Position numbers and translations under genes: made by a program
Notes under the pieces: model-generated
Told to the model about the DNA's origin: nothing
What the model saw: the letters and a program-made list of their open reading frames with translations, nothing else
The model's database searches: none
Shown: positions 9,179 through 18,203 of the stretch, piece by piece
Layout of the letters: every line of letters starts with the position of its first letter
Position numbering within the stretch: the first letter of the stretch is position 1
Assembly (NCBI GenBank): GCA_965225085.1
Contig: CBDDBE010000002.1
Location: 95,185 to 159,184, forward strand
From: an uncultured Candidatus Saccharibacteria bacterium
GTDB taxonomy: Bacteria > Patescibacteriota > Saccharimonadia > Saccharimonadales > EFPC-124
Direction: 5' to 3'
DNA: 64,000 bases

Positions 9179-9202
9179 TACGTTCGCAACAGTAGTCAGG
9201 TA

Positions 9203-9231
9203 TTGACTTTTATAGATTTTATTGATATAGT
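9203..9231 (+). promoter_or_regulatory. strong promoter TTGACT-17-(TGa)TATAGT
   Basis: ttgacttttatagattttattgaTATAGT; extended -10. Confidence 0.65.
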
Positions 9232-9237
9232 ATGCTT

Positions 9238-9786
9238 ATGTTTCGTGAGGCTTTTGCTTTGCGAGGCGACACCTTAAAGCGAAGAGATTCCCCTACCTTG
9301 GAGAACAACGTGTTCATGCTCCACACCAAGCGCGTCACGGCCGGCGGTCTGGTATTGGCCACTGTGGCCATCCTTGCCGTTTACCTGATGCAGCTGATCT
9401 ACTCCGCCGCGAGTTTGAACTCGTGGGCAGGAGTGGATCTGACGTCCCCGTTGATGTCCACCGCGATCATCGGGGTGCTGCTGCTCGGCGTGATGTGTTC
9501 GATCACCCTCCTGGCGTGCGTCAGCACGTCCAACTCGACCAAGAAGGAGTACCACATGTTCACCATGTTCACCCGGACCCTGCGCTCCCGGCTGCGTCCC
9601 GCCCTCACGGCGCTGGCGATGCTGCTGCTGGCTGTGCTGATCGTCCTCGTGGGGTCCAAGGTGCTGTTCGTCGCCGTTCCGGCCGCGATCATCATCGGCG
9701 GGGTCAGCCTTGCCTTGCGGGACACCACGCCTGCGAAGCTCAAGGGGCGGTACGGCGACGGCGTCGTCCGTAGCCGCCATATCTGA
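9238..9786 (+). CDS. small integral membrane protein (4 predicted TM helices), GC-rich
   Basis: ORF 9232..9786; ATG 9232 precedes predicted TSS, so start is either leaderless ATG 9238 or internal ATG 9316 (GGAGAA RBS). Confidence 0.55.
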   Translation: MFREAFALRGDTLKRRDSPTLENNVFMLHTKRVTAGGLVLATVAILAVYLMQLIYSAASLNSWAGVDLTSPLMSTAIIGVLLLGVMCSITLLACVSTSNSTKKEYHMFTMFTRTLRSRLRPALTALAMLLLAVLIVLVGSKVLFVAVPAAIIIGGVSLALRDTTPAKLKGRYGDGVVRSRHI

Positions 9787-9792
9787 GCCCAT

Positions 9793-9823
9793 GGGGCGGC
9801 GCGGCATTCGTGCCAGCCGCCCC
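9793..9823. terminator. GC hairpin between convergent genes
   Basis: GGGGCGGCgcggcattcgtgccaGCCGCCCC. Confidence 0.4.
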
Positions 9824-9841
9824 AAAACACATCTCTTCGCT

Positions 9842-10447
9842 TTATTTCTTACTGTCTGTATCAGCCTCTGGGCTGTTTTTTTGTATCTTGAGACTGGTCG
9901 GCGCGAATGTTTTTTCCTGATGGACGAAATCTTCCACGAATTGTAGCGCGTGGGCTGCGAGCTCGCCCAGGTGAGTTTGCTCGGTTGGCGTGAAGCGACC
10001 TAGCACGAAATCGGCCGCGTCGTATTTGGCCGACTGCGGGCTATCTATACCCACGCGAATCCGCGCAAAATCTGGACCGACATGCGCGATGATGCTCTTG
10101 ACGCCGTTATTCCCTGCGTCAGAGCCCTCCAGGCGTGTTCTAAGCGTGCCAAATGGCAAAGCAAGCTCATCATGTATAACCAGTATGTCGGTGGCAGGCT
10201 CGAGCTTGTAGAAGTCGATAACTGCCCTGACCGCCTCCCCGCTTTGGTTGTAGTAGGTCGCTGGCTTCAGCAGCGCCACCTTCTCGCCGCCAATGGTCAT
10301 TTCGGCGATGTCGCCTTTGAATTTTGGCTTTGACTGCCACGCCGCGTTATACTGCCGGGCGATGTGGTCCAGCAATAAGAAACCAACATTGTGGCGTGTC
10401 AGTTCGTAGCGAGTTTCGGGATTACCGAGGCCGATGATGAGCTTCAT
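9842..10447 (-). CDS. pth: peptidyl-tRNA hydrolase
   Basis: 'MKLIIGLGNPETRYELTRHNVGF...VIHDELALPFGTLRTRLEGSDAGNNG'. Confidence 0.95.
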   Translation of the reverse strand: MKLIIGLGNPETRYELTRHNVGFLLLDHIARQYNAAWQSKPKFKGDIAEMTIGGEKVALLKPATYYNQSGEAVRAVIDFYKLEPATDILVIHDELALPFGTLRTRLEGSDAGNNGVKSIIAHVGPDFARIRVGIDSPQSAKYDAADFVLGRFTPTEQTHLGELAAHALQFVEDFVHQEKTFAPTSLKIQKNSPEADTDSKK

Positions 10448-10546
10448 GGTATTAAGTATCTGAATTTATGCGACAAAAGGCAAGCACGGCAAGGTTGTGC
10501 TATAGTAATGATCGCCCTATTTTCTACACCTAGGGAGGTGAGAAAA

Positions 10547-10945
10547 ATGCAGGAAATGGTGAGTGCCCAGGAACGGGCACTCGACGAGCTGGCGAAGCGG
10601 CTTCGGGATGGCACGTTCAACGCGTCGATTCGGGTTGGAACCTGGGATTACCATGACTTGATGGATCACGGTTCCAGTCAGATGTTCGAGCGGCTGAGGG
10701 CTCGTGTCGAAGAAGTTAACGGTGCGACCACCGCTAGGTGGGTTCTGCGAGCCGACGAGTCATTCTGGAAAGGGAGAGCCAACAAGCAGCTGATCATGTT
10801 GCTTGTGGTCCGGGCTGCGGCTACAGACGGCCAGCGTCCAATGGCGGATGTAACGAGTCTGTCGGAGAGCGATCGGCTGTATGCCCTGATCGCACCGCTA
10901 GGTGGCTCTAACGGGATGTCGCTGGTGCGAGGCCGCGGCGTCTAG
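10547..10945 (+). CDS. hypothetical protein (GC-rich)
   Basis: ORF 10391..10945; ATG 10547 preceded by GGGAGGTG RBS. Confidence 0.55.
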   Translation: MQEMVSAQERALDELAKRLRDGTFNASIRVGTWDYHDLMDHGSSQMFERLRARVEEVNGATTARWVLRADESFWKGRANKQLIMLLVVRAAATDGQRPMADVTSLSESDRLYALIAPLGGSNGMSLVRGRGV

Positions 10946-10957
10946 CTGTTCCCGAAC

Positions 10958-10984
10958 GGCGCGCGGTTGTAACGATCGCGCGCC
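10958..10984 (+). terminator. GC hairpin GGCGCGCG-11-CGCGCGCC
   Basis: directly after stop 10945. Confidence 0.45.
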
Positions 10985-11037
10985 ATATAATATCTATGGT
11001 ATAGTGTTACGACAATCCGTTGCCAAACGAGAAGGTG

Positions 11038-11475
11038 ATGAGCATGACAGATGAGCGAACTCAAGCGTTGCTGGTGCGGAGTGTTAAGGCAGTGGGGGTT
11101 AGTATGCTCCGCAACGTGCCGCTAGAGCTCCGGCTCCGTGAAGGCAGTCAGCCATACCATACGTTGTGGACTGCCGACCCGACTGCTACATTCGATGGAC
11201 TAAAGGCTGCTGTCGCAGTTGCCCACATCGAGGAGAGGTATAAGACCAAGGATAACATCAAGCCGTCTGGGCGTACGCTTCTCTCCGCTAGCGGCGCGTT
11301 GCTGCCCAAGGATCTTGAGGGCATTGTACTTCAGCTGGTTGTGGTTTGCCCCGGTGGTCATAGACATAGGGACTCTGAGGTCCAAGCCCTGCAGCCAGGT
11401 GATTGGCTATTTGCGGTGACTACGCCAGACCCTAAGTCGCTGCATCTGAGCCTGAAGTGCTTCACGATCGGCTAG
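11038..11475 (+). CDS. hypothetical protein
   Basis: ORF 11020..11475 (TTG); GAAGGTG RBS favours ATG 11044 (or 11038). Confidence 0.55.
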   Translation: MSMTDERTQALLVRSVKAVGVSMLRNVPLELRLREGSQPYHTLWTADPTATFDGLKAAVAVAHIEERYKTKDNIKPSGRTLLSASGALLPKDLEGIVLQLVVVCPGGHRHRDSEVQALQPGDWLFAVTTPDPKSLHLSLKCFTIG

Positions 11476-11486
11476 TGGGCTCACAA

Positions 11487-11522
11487 TGGCCAACGCGGTT
11501 AACGAGCCGCGTTGGCCTTTTC
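11487..11522 (+). terminator. intrinsic terminator; encloses der stop codon in loop
   Basis: GGCCAACGCGG-ttaacgag-CCGCGTTGGCC-TTTTCA. Confidence 0.7.
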
Positions 11523-12872
11523 ATTTGTGCCGTTTGCACGGGCATCGCGCTGCTTTTCGGCTTTTTCGTCGCGGTAGCTAAACATAATGGGCGTGCCAAC
11601 GAAATCGTACATATCGCGCATGGCGTGCTCTAGGTACCGTTTGTAGCTCCAGTGCAGGTACCGGAGGTCACTGCCAAACAGCACAAACCATGGCGGTGTG
11701 ACATCTGTCTGGACCAGATAGCGGAGTTTTGGATGTGAATTGCGTAGACCGGCTGGTGGATGTTGGTCCATGGCTTTGCGCAGTACGCGGTTGAGCTCAG
11801 CGGTCTTGAATTGCTGGTGACGACGCTCGTCGATTTGTACGGCGAGGTCGAAAATTCTGGTCACGTTCTGGCCGGTCACGGCGCTGGTAAAGATCAGCGG
11901 AGCCCACGGCACGTGTTGATAATTTTGCATCAGGCGCTTGGCAATCTCGTCGCGGCTGAAAGGCGTCTTGTCCTCCAAGCTATCCCACTTGCTGACAACC
12001 AGGATGAGTCCCTTACCGGCTTCCTTGATGATGCCCGCTAGCTTTTGGTCCAGGGCGACATGCAGCTCATTGACGTCCATCAACAGCAGGCAGATGTCTG
12101 ATTGTTCGATTGCTTGCAGCGAACGCAGAACGCTGAACTTCTCGATGCCAACTTCTTGGCGGCCATTTCGCCGGATACCGGCTGTGTCCAGCAGTTCGAC
12201 TGGTCGCTGATGGTAATTGATGCGTGTGCGATTGACGTCGCGTGTGGTACCGGCGACATTGGCAACGATAGCCTGTTGTTTGCTGCTAAGTGTGTTAAAC
12301 AAGTGTGATTTGCCGACGTTTGGCCGGCCGATAAGTGCAATACGCAGGACGTTGTCGTCTGGTAGCGCCCGGCGCGGTGGGATGATGGCTGTGACTTCAT
12401 CGAGTAGTAGGCGCAAGTTTTGGTTGTGTTCAGCCGAGGTGCGGATGATTGTTTTGACGCCAAGACGCAAGAATTCTTCGTCCGGCAGTGCACCGGCTTT
12501 GTCGGATTTGTTGATGACAAGGATGACGGGTTTGCGCGATTTGAGCGCCTTTTTGGCCACGGCGCGGTCTTGATCGCCTGGCATGACGTCGGCTTCGACA
12601 ACGACCAAGATGACGTCGGCAGCGTCTGCGGCTTCCTCGATCTGCTCTTGGATGGTGGCTTCGAACTCATCTTCGGCCATCTTGAGCCCAGCGGTGTCGA
12701 CTAGCCAGAAATTGTGGTCGCGATAGCTGACCCTGCCCAGCACCGAGTCCCGTGTTGTTCCTGCCTCACGCGCAACAATCGCCTGCTGCTCGCCAACAAG
12801 GCGGTTAAAAAGGCTTGATTTGCCGACGTTAGCTCGGCCGACGATAGCTACCGTGGGAAGTATTTTGGACAT
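11499..12872 (-). CDS. der: ribosome-associated GTPase Der/EngA (tandem GTPase domains + KH)
   Basis: 'VAIVGRANVGKSSLFNRL...DTAG' twice; -10 TATAGT only ~8 nt upstream of ATG suggests near-leaderless mRNA. Confidence 0.95.
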   Translation of the reverse strand: MSKILPTVAIVGRANVGKSSLFNRLVGEQQAIVAREAGTTRDSVLGRVSYRDHNFWLVDTAGLKMAEDEFEATIQEQIEEAADAADVILVVVEADVMPGDQDRAVAKKALKSRKPVILVINKSDKAGALPDEEFLRLGVKTIIRTSAEHNQNLRLLLDEVTAIIPPRRALPDDNVLRIALIGRPNVGKSHLFNTLSSKQQAIVANVAGTTRDVNRTRINYHQRPVELLDTAGIRRNGRQEVGIEKFSVLRSLQAIEQSDICLLLMDVNELHVALDQKLAGIIKEAGKGLILVVSKWDSLEDKTPFSRDEIAKRLMQNYQHVPWAPLIFTSAVTGQNVTRIFDLAVQIDERRHQQFKTAELNRVLRKAMDQHPPAGLRNSHPKLRYLVQTDVTPPWFVLFGSDLRYLHWSYKRYLEHAMRDMYDFVGTPIMFSYRDEKAEKQRDARANGTNEKANAAR

Positions 12873-12930
12873 TTGTATATACTATAACAGATATGAGTTA
12901 GTATTACAAAGATAAGTATAATGTGTGTTG

Positions 12931-12970
12931 GTTCCATCCGTAGGGCGGGAACGTGCCCTACGGATGGAAC
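12931..12970 (-). terminator. 16-bp perfect hairpin after stop of 12980..13375
   Basis: GTTCCATCCGTAGGGC-gggaacgt-GCCCTACGGATGGAAC. Confidence 0.5.
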
Positions 12971-12979
12971 GCGATGCGT

Positions 12980-13375
12980 CTACTCGTATGGAGAGACGAA
13001 CGGCTTGTCTCTGATCGCGTCGATGCGCTGCTGGGCCTGGTCGTCTGACAGGATCAAGTGCATGCGTTCCGAGAGGCTGGTGCGCCTTGCGTTCGGGATG
13101 CGCTGGTCGCAGAATGCTTCCATCAGGTGCTCTCGCTGATTGGTTACCGGGACCTGCCCCCAGAATTCCTCGAGGCTTTCGGGGTGTACGATCGCCGGAT
13201 TGTATCCGTAGTACCCTAGCAGTTCCTTGGCCGCTTCACTGTTGAGCCATCCCAGAAACTCGGCAATGAGTTCGGGTGATGGCCTGGTCGTGAATTCTCC
13301 GTCGAAGCCCGGTGTGCGCTGCTTCTCGTACTCACTTTCCAAACGTTCGAGGAGCGGGTCTGGGTGATCGTCCAT
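12980..13375 (-). CDS. hypothetical protein
   Basis: ORF 12980..13408; ATG 13375 with AAGGGA RBS. Confidence 0.55.
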   Translation of the reverse strand: MDDHPDPLLERLESEYEKQRTPGFDGEFTTRPSPELIAEFLGWLNSEAAKELLGYYGYNPAIVHPESLEEFWGQVPVTNQREHLMEAFCDQRIPNARRTSLSERMHLILSDDQAQQRIDAIRDKPFVSPYE

Positions 13376-13510
13376 TGTATTTCCCTTCGTGATCGCAGGG
13401 CTGAACAAAGCAAACTATATCATGAACAATGATTTCGTCGCCAGAGGTGGCATACATATCAATAATGTGGTATTATATGGGGCAACTGTCGGAGAGCTAA
13501 GGAGTTCCTG

Positions 13511-13864
13511 GTGAATGCGCCAAAAGTAGTCGTGTTGTTCGTGCGGGGCAATCCCCTCGCGACGGTGTGGTTGCCGTCGGATCGTGCGCTTGAGGGCGTT
13601 ACGGTCGAGGCCCTGCCCGGAGAAACGATGACCGAAACGGCAAGGCGTTGGGCCAAGGTGAAGGTGCTCGCTCCTGTTATCAGGTTGGTGAGTCTGCCTC
13701 GCGAGCTTGGATCGGGAGACATGTGTATTTCGTGGGTGCAGGACGGTCAAAGCCCCCATGGTCTCGAGGCGGTGCCGTTCGAAGCTGCTTTGGTTGATGT
13801 GGCCTTTGGCCCATACGTCGAAGCAATCGCCGACGAACTACGCCGCTGGTCCCAGTACAGTTAG
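13511..13864 (+). CDS. hypothetical protein (GC-rich), GTG start
   Basis: AAGGAG RBS 6 nt before GTG 13511; extended -10 (TGgTATTAT) at ~13466. Confidence 0.6.
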   Translation: MNAPKVVVLFVRGNPLATVWLPSDRALEGVTVEALPGETMTETARRWAKVKVLAPVIRLVSLPRELGSGDMCISWVQDGQSPHGLEAVPFEAALVDVAFGPYVEAIADELRRWSQYS

Positions 13865-13867
13865 CGC

Positions 13868-13900
13868 GTTGCCCGGCCGCTATGAACGCGGCCGGGCAAC
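13868..13900. terminator. 13-bp perfect GC hairpin between convergent genes
   Basis: GTTGCCCGGCCGC-tatgaac-GCGGCCGGGCAAC. Confidence 0.5.
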
Positions 13901-13929
13901 AAGAATTGATATTATTATTCGAGTCGATT

Positions 13930-14634
13930 TTATGAGGGCTGTACGGTCTCTATCTTACCTTCTGGCAATTTTTCGAGCATGAATGGTCCAAATGATGTCC
14001 GATGCAGCCGAACTACTTCGTATCCTAGCGCGGCGAATGTGCGCCGAATTTGGCGGTTGCGGCCCTCGTGCATGACGACGCGCCATGCACGGTTGTCACC
14101 GTCGTGGAGGCGTTCGAGCTGCAGCTTGCTATTGCCATCGGGCAGCATGATCCCGTGGTCGCTTATCATCTGCTGATGTAGCGGCTGTAGGGGTTGATCG
14201 AGCGTAACTTCGTACTCCTTCACCTTTGCGAAGCTGGGATGCGTCATGCGATGAGCAAAGTCTCCATCATTCGTCAGTAAGATAAGGCCGGAGCTATCCT
14301 TGTCGAGACGCCCAACTGATTTGAGGTGGTGGTACTGAGGTGGTAGAAGCTCGTAGATGGTAGGTACCTCGCCTTGCTGACGGCGACTACAGACATACCC
14401 GATTGGTTTATTGAGGGCGATGTACGTGAATAATGCCTGGGCAGCGGTGATTGGTTTGTCGTCAACGGTAATAGCATCTGCAGGAGTGACGCGTGCGCCA
14501 AGCTCTGGCTGGGTGTCATTAACGCGCACTCTCCCCTTCTCGATGAGTTCATCAACCTGGCGTCGGCCGATGGCAAGGACACTGGCTAAGTATTTGTTGA
14601 GGCGAATAGGATCGCCTGAATGTGGAGTGGCCAT
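13930..14634 (-). CDS. RsuA/RluB-family rRNA pseudouridine synthase (S4 + PseudoU_synth_2)
   Basis: 'IRLNKYLA...GRRQVDELIEKGRVRVN' S4; 'SVGRLDKDSSGLILLTNDGDFAHRMTHP'. Confidence 0.85.
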   Translation of the reverse strand: MATPHSGDPIRLNKYLASVLAIGRRQVDELIEKGRVRVNDTQPELGARVTPADAITVDDKPITAAQALFTYIALNKPIGYVCSRRQQGEVPTIYELLPPQYHHLKSVGRLDKDSSGLILLTNDGDFAHRMTHPSFAKVKEYEVTLDQPLQPLHQQMISDHGIMLPDGNSKLQLERLHDGDNRAWRVVMHEGRNRQIRRTFAALGYEVVRLHRTSFGPFMLEKLPEGKIETVQPS

Positions 14635-14641
14635 AGTGGGA

Positions 14642-15577
14642 TTATACGGTGGGCGCTGCTGGTGGCGGCGGAACGGGTGGAGCTGTGTTTTGGCCTGGTG
14701 TGGTCACGTGGCCATCGGCGTCAATTTGAATAGTTGGCGTGGGCGGAACGGGTGGCGCCGGCGCGGCTGCAGGGTTAGTCGAGAACTGGTTCAGCTGCGT
14801 GTTTATGATTGATTGCTCCTGGGCGGTTGTGGCGACTGGCGGCCGGTTGTCGGTGTCGATGCCGGCTTCTTTGGCAAGCTCGCGATCGAGGAGCTCATTA
14901 ATGTCAACCCGTGTTGTAGCCGGGTCGCTAAGTGGCTGGATGACGCGGTTCTTTACGCTGGGAGCTGGCATGGGTGCGGGTTGGAACGATGACGACGGCG
15001 CAGGCATGGCTGGTGCGGGAGCGGGTGCAGCGGCGTAGGCTGTAGGTGCGGCTGGAGCCGGGCTGTAGGCGGTCACCGGGGTCGCGGGCGCTACCGGGCG
15101 CGGAGCGACGGGAACGGCCGCGGGTCGAGGTGGGAGCGCTGCTTGTGGGGCCACAGGTTGAGGTACTGCTTGGGGCGGTGGGGGTGCGGCTGCAGGGGCA
15201 GCGGCTGGCTGGTCGCCGAGGACTTCGTGTACAACACGGATAACATCTTCGATGCCGACTTGCGATTTGACCAAGTATCTGTCTGCGCCGAGCTGTTCGC
15301 CACGTTGGCGCTGCTCTTCGCTGCTGAGCGCGGTCATCATGATGACCTTGATATCTTTGGTCTCGGTCGTAGAGCGTAGGATGTCCAGCATATCAAAGCC
15401 GCTGATTTTGGGCATCATGACATCGCTAATGATAAGCTTCGGTCGCTCCTTGATAGCCATGGCTAACGCCTCTTCGCCATCGGCAGCCGAAACGATGTCG
15501 TACCCTTCAGCCAGAAGTCGTACGCCGTATATTTCGCGGAGGCTCTTATCGTCCTCGACAAGCATGATCTTCGTCAT
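14642..15577 (-). CDS. response regulator, REC domain + ~180-aa Pro/Ala-rich low-complexity tail
   Basis: 'IMLVEDDKSLREIY...IISDVMMPKISGFDML...IMMTAL' then AAAPAAAPPPPQAVPQPV... Confidence 0.85.
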   Translation of the reverse strand: MTKIMLVEDDKSLREIYGVRLLAEGYDIVSAADGEEALAMAIKERPKLIISDVMMPKISGFDMLDILRSTTETKDIKVIMMTALSSEEQRQRGEQLGADRYLVKSQVGIEDVIRVVHEVLGDQPAAAPAAAPPPPQAVPQPVAPQAALPPRPAAVPVAPRPVAPATPVTAYSPAPAAPTAYAAAPAPAPAMPAPSSSFQPAPMPAPSVKNRVIQPLSDPATTRVDINELLDRELAKEAGIDTDNRPPVATTAQEQSIINTQLNQFSTNPAAAPAPPVPPTPTIQIDADGHVTTPGQNTAPPVPPPPAAPTV

Positions 15578-15697
15578 ATTGACTTTATTGTATCATAAGC
15601 TTGATTGGCGCGGGGCCACAAATAATTTCATGGGTTTGGAGCCTTTGTTTTACGTCGTGGCTCCCCGACGCCCCCAACCACTTAGGGCGACAGATGG

Positions 15698-16213
15698 CTA
15701 CGCGATAGACAGCGTTGCATAATTTTGTATGCCGCGTTTTGCGCCTGGTTCGCGTTTGTACGTCATTTTCCCATCGTGCCAAATTACGTAGTGACCATGT
15801 CCAGCACCATACGGGTCACCACCTTCGCCGCCAAAAAAGATGTTCACCACTCCAATTCGCGTAACTTTGATAATGAGATTGCCAAGTTGGTCCTCGGGCA
15901 CTCCTGCGTCCCGAGCTAGGGTCCATTTGGCATCTTCGTACGCAATCCGTGCACTACGAATCTCGTCGAAGGCGCGTCCTTGGATCGTATCCCGACACTT
16001 GGCAAGAGTCTCTCGTATCATTTCGATTAGGGGCGAACTGCTTCTTTCTGCGCGCGCCCGTTCCAATGCTTCTTCGAAAGCATAGAATCCGGCACCAGGG
16101 CTGTAACCCTCGACTGTTCTTGGCCGACACAGCGCCTGAGAGAACGCTTTTCTCGCCTGCTGGAACGAGGTCAGCTGATCTGAAAGATCGAGCAATTGAT
16201 CGTATCCTGGCAT
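15698..16213 (-). CDS. hypothetical protein
   Basis: ORF track; AGGTGA RBS. Confidence 0.5.
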   Translation of the reverse strand: MPGYDQLLDLSDQLTSFQQARKAFSQALCRPRTVEGYSPGAGFYAFEEALERARAERSSSPLIEMIRETLAKCRDTIQGRAFDEIRSARIAYEDAKWTLARDAGVPEDQLGNLIIKVTRIGVVNIFFGGEGGDPYGAGHGHYVIWHDGKMTYKREPGAKRGIQNYATLSIA

Positions 16214-16310
16214 TATTGATCACCTGCTTTCGCGGGTAGGGGCAAACCACATCGTGTAATGTGATTTCGTCTTTTATAGCAGCATTTACGCTTTTGCGCA
16301 AGTGCGTCGA

Positions 16311-18005
16311 TCACTGGATGGGCGGCGGAACGGGTGGTTGTGCGGGCGCGGCAACGGGTGTCGCGCCGGGCGGGACAGCTGGTTGTTGGGTATCTTGAAT
16401 GAGCTCCGTTGCACGTTCATGGCTGATGCGCGGAATGGTGACCGAAAAGGTCGAGCCTTTGCCGTACTCGCTCTGCACGCCAATGTGACCATTGTTGCTT
16501 TCGATCAAGCGGCGGCAAATGTACAGGCCCAGGCCGGTGCCGCCAATTTCGCGGGTGTCGGAATTGTCGACACGGTAGAACTTTTGGAATAGGTGCGGCA
16601 CGTCTTCTGGCGGTATACCGATACCCGTGTCGGTGATGCTGACGATGATGTTCGTAGCGTCACCCGTGACATCGATGGTGACATTGCCCTGTTTCGTGTA
16701 TTTGATGGCATTGTCCACGAGGTTGTTCAGCACTTCGCGCAATTGGTCCTGGTCGATGTAGCTATAAAAGACTGGCGAGATCGTCCTAGTCCCCTCTTCG
16801 CCGGCGTTTCCAGCGGGTTTGAAGTACAGGAACAGACCCTTTTGCTGAGCCTTGGGCAGCAGGCTATCGACGATCCCCTTTGTGAAAGCCATCATATCGA
16901 CTGGTGTGGGCTTGGGTGCTAGGCGGCCATCTTCCGAACGCGAGACGGTCAGCAGGTCCTGAAAGAGCCGCCCGAGGTGCTGGGTGGATTCGTGAGCTTT
17001 CTCCAGGAACATTCGGGCTTTGTCGTCGATGACGGCGGTCGTTGGGTTGAGCGCCAGGCCCAAGTACCCCTCGATAGCCGCCACTGGCGTGCGCATTTCG
17101 TGGCTGGCGGTGCTGATAAATTCGGCCTTGGCACGCTCCTCTTGCTTTTCCTCGGTGATGTCACGGAATACAATTACCGCTCCTGCGGAGTTGTCCCCTA
17201 CCGGCGAGACTAACAGCGATATTAGGAGCTTCTTGCCCGAATGTGTCGTCAGCGAGTAGTCATTGGTGGTGATCGACTGATTAGTGATGAGCATTTGGCG
17301 GATTGGCGATGATTGTTCGGGCAGGTCCTGGCCCTTGCTATCGCCCATCTTGATAACCGATTTGTAGTCCAGGCCCATGGCGTCTTCCTTTGCCCATCCG
17401 AGCAGCGTCTGAGCGGCCGGATTGATCAGCTGGATTTTGCCCTCGGCATCGGTCACGACCACACCTTCGGCTATGGAATTAATGACCGTTTCGGATTTGT
17501 TAGCAACTTGGTTGAGCTCTTTTGCCATGGCGTCGTAAACCTGGCTTTTGCGGTCTTCCTGAGTGCTTTTCTCGTGCCAGATCAGGTAGCTTACCAATAG
17601 TGGCAACTCACCCGCCAGGAAAAAGATGATAATTTGCTCGCGCGTGTATGGTGCAGCACTCAGGAAGATATGGTACGCGATGGACAGGTTGGTCGCGACG
17701 AGTATCGAGCCGATCCCCCATGCGCCAAATAGGCCGGAAAAAACCGCGAGCATCATCCACATGGGGATGTACGCCGAGTGGACGCCACCGGTCATCTCGA
17801 TGAGGGATCCCAGAGTGGCGCTCATCAGGAGAAACGTCGCCAGGGCCAGCTCGTAGATCATTTTCTTGAAGGCGGCAATGTAGGAAATGATGCTTGTAAT
17901 AGCAGTAACGAGCGCCATGATTGCGACAGGCAATGGCACAAAGATATTATCGGCGCCCTGCCCATTCACAATGAACGTTCCCACGGCAAACAAACACAAT
18001 ATCAT
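16311..18005 (-). CDS. sensor histidine kinase (multi-TM N-term, PAS, HisKA, HATPase_c) with Pro-rich C-tail
   Basis: 'EFISTASHEMRTPVAAIEGYL', 'GTGLGLYICRRLIESNNGHIGVQSEYGKGSTF', tail QPAVPPGATPVAAPAQPPVPPPIQ. Confidence 0.9.
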   Translation of the reverse strand: MILCLFAVGTFIVNGQGADNIFVPLPVAIMALVTAITSIISYIAAFKKMIYELALATFLLMSATLGSLIEMTGGVHSAYIPMWMMLAVFSGLFGAWGIGSILVATNLSIAYHIFLSAAPYTREQIIIFFLAGELPLLVSYLIWHEKSTQEDRKSQVYDAMAKELNQVANKSETVINSIAEGVVVTDAEGKIQLINPAAQTLLGWAKEDAMGLDYKSVIKMGDSKGQDLPEQSSPIRQMLITNQSITTNDYSLTTHSGKKLLISLLVSPVGDNSAGAVIVFRDITEEKQEERAKAEFISTASHEMRTPVAAIEGYLGLALNPTTAVIDDKARMFLEKAHESTQHLGRLFQDLLTVSRSEDGRLAPKPTPVDMMAFTKGIVDSLLPKAQQKGLFLYFKPAGNAGEEGTRTISPVFYSYIDQDQLREVLNNLVDNAIKYTKQGNVTIDVTGDATNIIVSITDTGIGIPPEDVPHLFQKFYRVDNSDTREIGGTGLGLYICRRLIESNNGHIGVQSEYGKGSTFSVTIPRISHERATELIQDTQQPAVPPGATPVAAPAQPPVPPPIQ

Positions 18006-18203
18006 CAACGAAATGAGGATATTGATCTCGTAAATACGGCGATACCAAAATGGTGAAGTCGATTTTATAGACGCAATGTCTGCCCCCTAAAGGAAAATGC
18101 TTACGTTTCAATTATCGTGGCTGACGGTTAGAGCGTCAAGTAGCTGGCGCCAATCGCCCCCACATACTTACGGCATGCTGGCATCTGATGCTACTATGGG
18201 AAC

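Noticed and set aside
8905-9185. Candidate RNase P RNA, tmRNA, SRP RNA or riboswitch identity for the intergenic structured RNA
   Set aside because: No GGAAAGUCCGG-type P4 sequence, no tRNA-like 3' end with CCA, no SRP domain IV GGAA/AGCAG core, and no conserved riboswitch core I could recognise. An independent promoter lies downstream. Kept as an unclassified sRNA instead.
8851-9206. Small plus and minus ORFs (72-85 aa) in the dprA/sRNA intergenic region
   Set aside because: They run through promoter and terminator elements, lack RBSs and have odd composition. The region is better explained as a non-coding RNA.
9274-9830. Two long minus-strand ORFs (183 and 143 aa) inside the 9238..9786 membrane-protein gene
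   Set aside because: GC-rich antisense frames. The plus strand has a strong promoter and encodes coherent TM helices.
15046-15379. ORFs antisense to the Pro/Ala-rich tail of the response regulator
   Set aside because: Products of the repetitive GC-rich PA-coding DNA read backwards (Gly/Ala/Arg-rich), with no start signals.
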